Virus genome (UHGV): UHGV-0117379
DNA length: 35,783 nt
Reading direction: 5' to 3' (one strand)
From: a virus
Within the stretch, counting starts at the first letter, position 1, and each line of letters opens with the position of its first letter. Positions 8,685 through 16,135 of this stretch are shown here, in pieces. Both the position numbers and the translations under genes were made by a program. A model generated the notes under the pieces. The model searched no databases and was not told where the DNA came from. It was given only the letters and a program-made list of their open reading frames with translations.

Positions 8685-8873
8685 ATGCAGGACTATTTTT
8701 TGGAGTCTTTGAAGCTCCAGCGCATTGATTTTTTTCTTAAGCTTGTAGCGGCTAGTGAGTGTAGTGATGAAGAGAAGGGGCTGGCTTTGCAATGGGTTTC
8801 TGAACTGACAGATGAACTCATGGCAAAAATCAGAACCCACGAATACAACCGCTCAATGGATGTCATCAGCTGA
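8685..8873 (+). CDS. Small protein (62 aa) in the Tum (antirepressor) position; candidate N-terminal Tum-like module
   Basis: ATG at 8685 follows AGGAGG. Immediately downstream of the LexA box. Followed after 10 nt by a DinI-like gene. Confidence 0.55.
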   Translation: MQDYFLESLKLQRIDFFLKLVAASECSDEEKGLALQWVSELTDELMAKIRTHEYNRSMDVIS

Positions 8874-8883
8874 GGTGACTTTT

Positions 8884-9117
8884 ATGCGCATTGAAATAAT
8901 GATCGATAAAGAGCAGAAGATTAGCCAGTCTACCCTGGACGCCCTTGAATCCGAGCTTTACCGCAATCTGCGCCCCCTGTATCCCAAGACGGCGATCCGC
9001 ATTCGCAAAGGCAGTGCCAACGGTATCGAGTTGACCGGCTTAAAACTTGATGAGGATAAGCAGCGGGTAATGGAAATTATGCAGCAGGTCTGGGAAGACG
9101 ACAGCTGGCTGCATTAG
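8884..9117 (+). CDS. DinI-family protein (77 aa)
   Basis: MRIEI.I.K...........L..EL.......P......IR.......L.........DKQRV.EI.Q.VWEDD.W matches the remembered DinI/MsgA pattern (MRIEVTIAK...EDKQRISEILQETWESADDWF). Confidence 0.8.
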   Translation: MRIEIMIDKEQKISQSTLDALESELYRNLRPLYPKTAIRIRKGSANGIELTGLKLDEDKQRVMEIMQQVWEDDSWLH

Positions 9118-9403
9118 CGAACGTTGCGGACGATAAAACTGGCTTTTACCGTCCGCAAGGTTGAACAACGAGCCGTGCGAGGCGTTAGAAATTGCCTTTG
9201 TTAGTGCCTGCTTCTCATAAGAGGCACTATATATGCTAAATGCAGTGGTTTAAGGCAGAAACATCTTGCGCGATTAGGGGCAATGAACTTAAGTTAAGTA
9301 ACGCAACCAACAGTTAAAACGGTTGTCTTAGTTATAAGGAACTTGCTGTTGTGGTTGCTGGTGACGAAGTGTACACTTCCGCGCCGTATAAGAAGGAGGG
9401 GTT

Positions 9404-9622
9404 ATGTCAAGTATCGCCGCATTGAAGCTGGGTAATCCAGTTGAACGTTTGGCACGGGTTCTGAAAGAGAACCAGGACAAGCTCAATCTGAGTAAAGATG
9501 GTTTTGTGTCCGTAGATTTGTCCAACGAAGAAGCTATGAAAGCCATCCGAGATCAGATGGATAAGCTTGAAGGCATCAAAACGAGCACTGTTAAAGCAAA
9601 ATATTATTACAGAACCCGATAA
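9404..9622 (+). CDS. Hypothetical soluble 72-aa protein; first gene of a coupled two-gene cargo operon
   Basis: ATG at 9404 follows AAGGAGGGG. Its stop TAA (9620..9622) overlaps the ATG of the next gene (ATAATGG). Confidence 0.65.
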   Translation: MSSIAALKLGNPVERLARVLKENQDKLNLSKDGFVSVDLSNEEAMKAIRDQMDKLEGIKTSTVKAKYYYRTR

Positions 9623-10464
9623 TGGCAACATTACTTTTAGCAGTGATTTTGGTTAGTGGTTTTATATATGTAAACCTATCACTTTCAACACGTTATAGAT
9701 ATAAGCGTTCCAATGGCTGGGACGCTTATTTTTTTGTGGCTGCATGGGGAATTGTCTTTTTCCTCGCTGGCGGCTTCCTTACCTTCGCTCTTAACATCAG
9801 CGGTGGGTTTCGCTGGTTTTCTAATGCGCTGAATCTGACTCCAGACAGCTTTAACGGGATGTTATCCACCACAACCGATAAACCGCAGCGCATCAATGAA
9901 ATTAAGCAAATCGCGTGGGTTGTGATTTCAATAGTTCTCGCGGCGCTGTTCGGTTGGCTAAACAAACGCCGTACTTCAAAAGGGGATCGCCGTTGGGATG
10001 CACTGGCAAAGGCAGTGGGAAACAATGCTTTTGAATCGCTGCTCATGGAAGCATCAGCTCGCCAGTTTCCTATCATTGCTACACTTTCATCACGCAAAAT
10101 CTATGTAGGGCTGGTGACTTGCCCTGCGTTGGAAAATGGATTGTCGGAACACCTTGAAATTCTCCCCTTGCTGAGCGGATATCGTGATAAAGACGACCTA
10201 ACGATAAATATCACGACAAACTATCATCAGCACTATCTTGATAGCGGTGTTATCAATGGGATGTCGCGCCTGAATATCCAGGATTTCCGTGTGCTTCTCC
10301 CTAAAGATGAAGTTGAAACCATCTCGTTTTTTGATACTGAAACGTATAACAAATTTAAAGAAAACGAAGCGCGTGACCGGAAAGACTGCCGCAAGTTGGG
10401 TGGTAAAAAGCCATCCGCACGCAGGAGAAAGACTGCTGGCGACGCAGAGCAGGGTAGTGCATGA
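9622..10464 (+). CDS. Hypothetical inner-membrane protein (280 aa; 3 N-terminal TM helices, cytoplasmic C-terminal domain and basic tail)
   Basis: Hydrophobic segments at about aa 2-21, 35-57 and 97-113. The C-terminal part of about 160 aa has no recognised motif. Followed by an intrinsic terminator. Occupies the tin/old cargo position. Confidence 0.7.
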   Translation: MATLLLAVILVSGFIYVNLSLSTRYRYKRSNGWDAYFFVAAWGIVFFLAGGFLTFALNISGGFRWFSNALNLTPDSFNGMLSTTTDKPQRINEIKQIAWVVISIVLAALFGWLNKRRTSKGDRRWDALAKAVGNNAFESLLMEASARQFPIIATLSSRKIYVGLVTCPALENGLSEHLEILPLLSGYRDKDDLTINITTNYHQHYLDSGVINGMSRLNIQDFRVLLPKDEVETISFFDTETYNKFKENEARDRKDCRKLGGKKPSARRRKTAGDAEQGSA

Positions 10465-10512
10465 CTATGCTGCATGAATTTGCATGATCGTTTGAGGATC
10501 GTTTTAGCTCCG

Positions 10513-10537
10513 GCCCGCCAGTTCAGGCGGGCTTTTT
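10513..10537 (+). terminator. Rho-independent terminator (GCCCGCC-AGTTCA-GGCGGGC-TTTTT)
   Basis: Perfect 7-bp GC stem, 6-nt loop and T5 run, 49 nt after the stop at 10464. Confidence 0.8.
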
Positions 10538-10581
10538 CATATCTCATGCAGGTGCATGAAAACCACTACACAAAGCGGGCA

Positions 10582-10600
10582 GGCGTGGCGGGGATACGAG
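10582..10600. other. cos cohesive-end site (GGCGTGGCGGGGATACGAG)
   Basis: The first 13 nt are identical to the remembered 186 cohesive end (GGCGTGGCGGGGAAAGCAT) and near-identical to P2 (GGCGAGGCGGGGAAAGCAC). The following CGCGCGCT also resembles the P2 left end (..TGCGCGCTGA). Confidence 0.6.
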
Positions 10601-10608
10601 CGCGCGCT

Positions 10609-10637
10609 CATTACTTTTATAATTCTAGGGTTATAAT
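10609..10637 (+). promoter_or_regulatory. Candidate promoter of the KAP NTPase gene (two TATAAT hexamers at 10618..10623 and 10632..10637)
   Basis: Two consensus -10 hexamers lie 29-48 nt upstream of the ATG at 10666. AGGAG SD at 10654..10658. The -35 elements are weak. Confidence 0.4.
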
Positions 10638-10665
10638 ACAGGGCTATCTTTCTAGGAGAAAACAC

Positions 10666-12318
10666 ATGTCCTTAGAGTTTATCAAAGAACAGTTGTCAGA
10701 TTTTATCTCATCTACAGAACCAGAAGTAATGGCTATACAGGGTGAATGGGGAATTGGTAAAACCTATACTTGGAATACGTTCCTAAAAGATAATAAAGAT
10801 AAGGTTGCATTTAATAGATATAGTTATGTCTCTCTTTTTGGTATAAATTCACTAGATTCTTTAAAGTATTCTATTTTTGAGAATGCAATTACAAAGGAAT
10901 ATATTGGAAATAAACCTGATTTGGAGACAGCAACAACAAACGCAAGTGGACTTTTTGAATCGTTTTCTCGAAAAGCCGCAGGTTTGTTAAAAGAAGCTCC
11001 TGTTGTAAAAAACTTCTCTACGACACTTGAAGCAATGTCATTTCTGACCGTTTCTAAAATGATTGTAGTAATAGATGACTTAGAAAGGCGTGGCAAAAAC
11101 TTAGATGTTAAAGATGTTTTAGGGCTAGTATCTCTATTAAAGGAGCAGAAGGATTGTAAGGTGGTTCTATTGCTTAACAATGGCACAGCTAGTATGGAGG
11201 ATTATTCTACTTATAAAGAAAAGGTCATTGATAGAGATATCACTTACAATCCAACACCAGAAGAATGCGCAGATATAGCCTATAAAGGTGATTTTCATGT
11301 TTATAACTTGTTAAGTAAATATTCCATTTCTTTAGGTATCAAGAATATTCGAATCTTAAAAAAGATAGAACGTTTTTTCGTGTCCTTAACACCAAATATT
11401 ATAGGTGATGTTGAGACAATTTCAAATGAAGTTGCGCATTCATTAACTCTGTATTGTTGGAGCCATTACGGATTTTCTCCAGAGGGAGATGTGCCATCAC
11501 TAGAATATATTAGGGGAGTGAGGAATATATATACTTATAATGACAAGGAAGAAGGCCATGAGAAAGTCTGGCTTAATACCTTGCTTAAATATGGATATAG
11601 AAAAACGAATGATCTTGATGAGGTTCTTATTGATATGGTTAGATATGGCTATCTTGATAAGAGCAGTTTCCAAAGACAAATAAGCCTAAGGAATGAGGAG
11701 ATTACGCGTGATAATAAACGAGGTTCCTTATCTGAGGCATGGCAGTTCTTTCATAATTCATTTGATGACAATCAAAATCAGGTTGTTGACAAGCTATATC
11801 AAGCGGTGGTTGATGGGATGAAGTATGTGACTCCAAGTGATTTAGATAATGTTGTCGGACTATATAGGGATTTCGGAGAGAATGCTAAGGCGAGTGAATT
11901 GATTGAACAGTTTATTAATTATGGTAACGATGCTCTAAAGGAATATGTTCAATCTATTTATGTGAATGTTCATCCCGTAAGAGATGCTGAGTTGTTGTCA
12001 AAAATTCAAGCCTATTCTAATATTATAAATATTGATGGTTCAATATATGATGTTCTTAAGAAATTATCAGGTCAGAATGGTTGGTCTGATAGACATGAGG
12101 AAATATTGGATGCTGCTTCAGTAGATGACTACTATCAATTATTTAAAAATGTCATTCTTGATGGTGGTGATTCAATAATAGCTACGGCGCTTAAATTCGG
12201 AAATTATAGTAATGGTTCTGATAGAATGAATCGTATAGGGAAAAAGGCAAGGGATGCCTTGATAAGAATTGGAGATGAATCGGCGATTAATAAAATACGT
12301 GTAAGGCGATTTTTGTGA
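10666..12318 (+). CDS. KAP-family P-loop NTPase (550 aa, no inserted TM helices)
   Basis: Walker A GEWGIGKT (10741..10764), Walker B IVVIDDLER (11062..11088) and a downstream NIRILKKIERFF motif fit KAP NTPase signatures (GxWGxGKS/T; hhhhDDLDR; PRxIKRFxN). Strongly AT-rich (20/60 GC in 11101..11160). The start is taken downstream of the terminator and cos, which lie inside the longer ORF 10474..12318. Confidence 0.8.
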   Translation: MSLEFIKEQLSDFISSTEPEVMAIQGEWGIGKTYTWNTFLKDNKDKVAFNRYSYVSLFGINSLDSLKYSIFENAITKEYIGNKPDLETATTNASGLFESFSRKAAGLLKEAPVVKNFSTTLEAMSFLTVSKMIVVIDDLERRGKNLDVKDVLGLVSLLKEQKDCKVVLLLNNGTASMEDYSTYKEKVIDRDITYNPTPEECADIAYKGDFHVYNLLSKYSISLGIKNIRILKKIERFFVSLTPNIIGDVETISNEVAHSLTLYCWSHYGFSPEGDVPSLEYIRGVRNIYTYNDKEEGHEKVWLNTLLKYGYRKTNDLDEVLIDMVRYGYLDKSSFQRQISLRNEEITRDNKRGSLSEAWQFFHNSFDDNQNQVVDKLYQAVVDGMKYVTPSDLDNVVGLYRDFGENAKASELIEQFINYGNDALKEYVQSIYVNVHPVRDAELLSKIQAYSNIINIDGSIYDVLKKLSGQNGWSDRHEEILDAASVDDYYQLFKNVILDGGDSIIATALKFGNYSNGSDRMNRIGKKARDALIRIGDESAINKIRVRRFL

Positions 12319-12325
12319 TTTTTAT

Positions 12326-12347
12326 AGGGGTGATTAACCCCTTTTTA
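12326..12347 (+). terminator. Short hairpin plus T-run (AGGGG-TGATTAA-CCCCT-TTTTA) after the KAP gene, abutting the convergent Q stop codon
   Basis: 5-bp GC stem at 12326..12330 / 12338..12342 followed by a T-rich run. Confidence 0.5.
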
Positions 12348-12348
12348 T

Positions 12349-13380
12349 CTAATTTAATGAGTAATCATTAAATGCTATGATTTTTTCATTTAGCCAAGTA
12401 TTAATTTCTATAAGCCTTTTTTGTAACGGAATTAATTCATTTCGGACAAAGACTTTACTAGCCTTTTCCACATCCCCAAACCCCCCAACATTATTCGGCA
12501 TTATCCCCATCATTTGCGGCGGCACGCGGTGTGCCGCCATCATGTCGTCCCGGCTCACGTTCTTAATATTCAAAAACTCATCCTTCGCTGCGACCTCTGA
12601 CAACGGGATAATCTGAAGCCCGTCCTTTTTGCCGTTAGGCGAGTACATAAACAGGTTGCGGAAGTTGCCCGGACCTTTGGCGCTTTTCATCGCATTGCGG
12701 AGGTTGTTCACATCTTCCTGGTTCTGCGCGGCATCGGTCATGTACATGATGAAGCCTGCATGACTGCCGTTAATGTAATACTTCCGGCGGAACAGCGTGG
12801 CGGACTCGTTGAGCAGGGCTGACGGAATGGCAGAAAGATAACCTGGCAGGCCGTAGATCTCCTGGTTGATGTCCGGTTCCATCAGATGAAAAATGCTGCC
12901 TTTCGTGAACTGATACTGCTGGGTTGTAATACCATATTGCACAAACCAGTAGGTATCCAGGTCTAATCCGCGTCGGGTGTATTTTGCCAGCGCAGGTTCA
13001 AGGGCGATAACTTCACCGAAGCGGTTCGTGCGTTTCTCCAGGTAGGCGTTACCAAATACCAGATAGTCCTGCACAAAACGTGAAAAAGCCTGCTGGCTGA
13101 GCAGCGGGTGAGGGATATAGGTGCTGGTCAGAATATTGCACTTTACTGCAATCGGTGAGCTGTGATGCACGGCGGCGCGGAAGGCTCGCGCCAGTCCGTC
13201 AAAACTCACTGGCGGCTCATACCAGCGATCTGTCTGTACGCATTCCACATAGTCCAGTCGTTCGCGGCGATCCAGTACTGGAATGGGATCGCCGAAGCTG
13301 AATGCTTCGGCTGAAGTCTGGCTTTTATGCTGGGTCTGGTTCTGCGACGCAGCGCGGTTCTTCTTACTCTTTCCCATCAA
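12349..13380 (-). CDS. Q: Portal (capsid packaging) protein gpQ
   Basis: 343 aa. Position and orientation match P2 Q, upstream of cos and co-transcribed with P. The last ~40 codons are AT-rich, unlike the rest of the gene. Confidence 0.9.
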   Translation of the reverse strand: MMGKSKKNRAASQNQTQHKSQTSAEAFSFGDPIPVLDRRERLDYVECVQTDRWYEPPVSFDGLARAFRAAVHHSSPIAVKCNILTSTYIPHPLLSQQAFSRFVQDYLVFGNAYLEKRTNRFGEVIALEPALAKYTRRGLDLDTYWFVQYGITTQQYQFTKGSIFHLMEPDINQEIYGLPGYLSAIPSALLNESATLFRRKYYINGSHAGFIMYMTDAAQNQEDVNNLRNAMKSAKGPGNFRNLFMYSPNGKKDGLQIIPLSEVAAKDEFLNIKNVSRDDMMAAHRVPPQMMGIMPNNVGGFGDVEKASKVFVRNELIPLQKRLIEINTWLNEKIIAFNDYSLN

Positions 13381-15143
13381 AAAATCTCCACAATATTACT
13401 GGTATTGGCGGACTCGCCCTGCAGTGGTTCGTTAAACAGTGCGTGCATTGTTGCCCACGCCAGATCGGCGTGGCTGGTTTCTTCGCTGCGGCTGGCTTCA
13501 TACGTCGGGCGGTTGCCACTGGCGGTGGTGGCGCGACGGATTGCCATGAATGACTGCGCAATGTCGGTGTGCCCGGCGTCAAACTCCAGACGGCGGTGGC
13601 TGATAATGTCGTAGGCCTTGAGTACCAGAGCGTTTTTAACGTTGGGGTTGTAGACAAACTCCCGGACGGCAGGAAAAAACGCTTTCACGTTCTCGTAAAC
13701 CCCGTGACCGACGCCGGTTGAGTCGATACCGATGTATGTCACGTTGTACTGTTCAGTCAGTTTTTTGATGGCGTCAGCCTGGGCGCGGAAGTCCATCCCG
13801 CGCCACTGGTGACGCTCAAGAATGCGGAACTTACCGCCCGGCACGGCTGGCGGTGCCACCACCACGCACCCGGCGCTGTCGCCGTTTTGCGTACCTTTTG
13901 CCGGGTCATAACCGATCCACACTTCGCGCCAGCCAAACGGGCGCAGGGCCAGTGCATGAAAGTCGGTCCAGACTTCCCAGCTGTCCACCATGCACGCCTG
14001 CAGCTCGCTGAGCGGAAACACGGACGCGAGATCGTCCACAAACTCGCACATCAGCAGGTTCTGGTATTCGTCCGGGCTGTACTCCATGCGCAACTGGTCG
14101 AGATCGAACAGGTTACATCCGCCGCGCACAGCATCTTCCACGGTGACTATCTGGCGGTATTGCCCGTCTGCGCACAGCAGGCCGGGGGCCAGATTGCTGT
14201 GGGACAGGTCGATGTCCACCTTATCGGCTTTGTTGCGCCCACGGTTGAACAGCGCACCGGACCAGAACGGATAAGCACTGTGTGTCAGGCTGGATGGTGT
14301 GGAAAAATAGGTTTGTCGCCATTTTTTGTGAATAGCCATACCGGAAGCCACTTTGCGCAGCTCCTGGAATTTCGGTATCCAGAAATATTCATCCAGATAC
14401 AGGTTGCCGTGGTAACTCTGGGCCGTGCGGGCATTGGTGCCGAGGAAGTAAAGCGTAGCCCCGTTAGGAAGCACCATCGGATCGCCTTTCAGCTCCACTT
14501 CCACTTCTTTGGCGAAGTCGATGATGTACTGTTTAAAGACGTGGGCCTGTGCCTTACTGGCGGAAAGGAAAATCTGGTTACGTCCGGTAAGCAGGGCGTC
14601 AATCAGGGCTTCACGGGCAAAGTAAAAGGTCGCGCCGATCTGGCGTGACTTCAGCAGGTTGCGGATGCGGTTGGTTTTTCCGGCTTCCCACCAGTGGCGC
14701 TGGTAGTTGAACATGGAGGAATGGAAGATTTCTTCCAGCTTCGCAATCTGTTCATCGGTGAAAACGTTCTTTTCCGGCTGACGACGCGGGCCTTTGTTGC
14801 GGTTGGCGACGTTAGGGTTTAAGTCGGCTTCGTTGCCGCCATTGTTAAACTTGCCGATCCGCGCGTGGCGCTCCGACTGGCGCGCCAGCAGGTCAATCTC
14901 TTTGAAATCTTTCCCTTCTTTGTGCTCCTTCATGATGAGCTGGCAGTAGCGTGCGGCGGTGGTGAGCTGCATCTGATCCAGCGGCCCATAGTCACCCCAC
15001 TTGTCGCGTTTCTTCCAGCTGTGAACGGTTGCAACTTTCTCGCCCAGCATTTCAGCAATGCGGGCTACGCGATATCCCTGAAAGTACAGCAGCATGGCCT
15101 GCCGACGGGGATCGAGATCTGCGGATGTCAGTGTGGTGTTCAT
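13377..15143 (-). CDS. P: Terminase large (ATPase) subunit gpP
   Basis: 588 aa. Its stop overlaps the Q start. Carries terminase-type Walker A-like (RQIGATFYF) and nuclease regions. Position matches P2 P. Confidence 0.9.
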   Translation of the reverse strand: MNTTLTSADLDPRRQAMLLYFQGYRVARIAEMLGEKVATVHSWKKRDKWGDYGPLDQMQLTTAARYCQLIMKEHKEGKDFKEIDLLARQSERHARIGKFNNGGNEADLNPNVANRNKGPRRQPEKNVFTDEQIAKLEEIFHSSMFNYQRHWWEAGKTNRIRNLLKSRQIGATFYFAREALIDALLTGRNQIFLSASKAQAHVFKQYIIDFAKEVEVELKGDPMVLPNGATLYFLGTNARTAQSYHGNLYLDEYFWIPKFQELRKVASGMAIHKKWRQTYFSTPSSLTHSAYPFWSGALFNRGRNKADKVDIDLSHSNLAPGLLCADGQYRQIVTVEDAVRGGCNLFDLDQLRMEYSPDEYQNLLMCEFVDDLASVFPLSELQACMVDSWEVWTDFHALALRPFGWREVWIGYDPAKGTQNGDSAGCVVVAPPAVPGGKFRILERHQWRGMDFRAQADAIKKLTEQYNVTYIGIDSTGVGHGVYENVKAFFPAVREFVYNPNVKNALVLKAYDIISHRRLEFDAGHTDIAQSFMAIRRATTASGNRPTYEASRSEETSHADLAWATMHALFNEPLQGESANTSNIVEIF

Positions 15144-15189
15144 GGCACAAACCTACAGCCTTGAATGAAGGCTTTCCCCGCCTGCGGTT

Positions 15190-15207
15190 TGTGTGGTTGT
15201 CGGTACA
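15190..15207. promoter_or_regulatory. Ogr/B activator box TGT-N12-ACA in the P/O divergent late promoter region
   Basis: TGTGTGGTTGTCGGTACA. The dyad centre is about 87 bp upstream of the O start codon, consistent with a -55 position plus a ~30-nt leader, as at P2 late promoters. Confidence 0.6.
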
Positions 15208-15285
15208 AATACCGCGCATTGTTTCACTGCCCTCATCACCGCAACCATAAGGCTCCAGTAAGTTTTTTCTAACGGAGCACGGCTC

Positions 15286-16119
15286 ATGACAGTGAAAGCA
15301 AAGCGTTTTCGCATCGGGGTGGAAGGTGCCACCACCGACGGACGCGAAATCCAGCGTGAATGGCTGGAACAGATGGCAGCCAGCTACAACCCGGCAGTGT
15401 ATACCGCGCTGATTAACCTTGAGCACATCAAGTCTTATCTGCCGGACAGCACCTTTAACCGCTACGGCAAGGTAACGGCGCTGTTTGCTGAAGAAATCAC
15501 GGAAGGTCCGCTGGCAGGCAAGATGGCGCTGTATGCCGACGTTGAGCCAACGGAGTCCCTGGTGGAGCTGGTGAAAAAAGGCCAGAAATTATTCACTTCT
15601 ATGGAAGTCAGCCCGAAGTTCGCTGATACGGGCAAAGCCTACCTGGTTGGCCTGGCTGCCACTGATGATCCAGCCAGTCTGGGTACGGAAATGCTGACAT
15701 TCAGCGCCAGTGCAGCCCATAACCCGCTGGCAAACCGCAAGCAGAATCCCGCCAATCTCTTTACCGCCGCAGAGGAAACGGTGATCGAACTGGAAGAAAT
15801 CCAGGAGGACAAGCCGTCCCTGTTTGCCCGCGTCACGGCGCTGTTCACCAAAAAAGAGCAGTCCGACGATGCCCGGTTCTCTGATGTGCATAAGGCCGTG
15901 GAGCTGGTCGCCACTGAGCAGCAAAACCTGAGCGCACGCACCGAAAAATCCCTGTCTGAGCAGGAAGAACGCCTGTCTGAGCTGGAGACAGCCCTGCAGG
16001 CACAACAGGCCGCCTTTAACGAACTGGTGGACAAGCTGAGCCATGAGGACTGCCGCCAGGACTACCGCCAGCGTGCAACAGGCGGCAACGCCCCCGCTGA
16101 CACTCTGACCAATTGCTGA
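15286..16119 (+). CDS. O: Capsid scaffolding protein gpO
   Basis: The N-terminus FRIGVEGATTDGREI...INLEH matches remembered P2 gpO (FRIGVEGDTCDGRVI...INLEH). Confidence 0.9.
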   Translation: MTVKAKRFRIGVEGATTDGREIQREWLEQMAASYNPAVYTALINLEHIKSYLPDSTFNRYGKVTALFAEEITEGPLAGKMALYADVEPTESLVELVKKGQKLFTSMEVSPKFADTGKAYLVGLAATDDPASLGTEMLTFSASAAHNPLANRKQNPANLFTAAEETVIELEEIQEDKPSLFARVTALFTKKEQSDDARFSDVHKAVELVATEQQNLSARTEKSLSEQEERLSELETALQAQQAAFNELVDKLSHEDCRQDYRQRATGGNAPADTLTNC

Positions 16120-16135
16120 TGGAGCATAAAACCCG

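Noticed and set aside
10474-10665. N-terminal 64-codon extension of the KAP NTPase ORF (track start 10474)
   Set aside because: The extension runs through an intrinsic terminator (10513..10537) and the cos-like site (10582..10600). The ATG at 10666 has an AGGAG SD and TATAAT boxes upstream.
13809-14648. 279-aa ORF on the plus strand inside terminase gene P (also 13757..14041, 13990..14274 and 13364..13657)
   Set aside because: It is antisense to, or out of frame with, a confidently identified GC-rich gene. The product is low-complexity and R/H/G-rich with no SD, which is typical of shadow ORFs in high-GC coding DNA.
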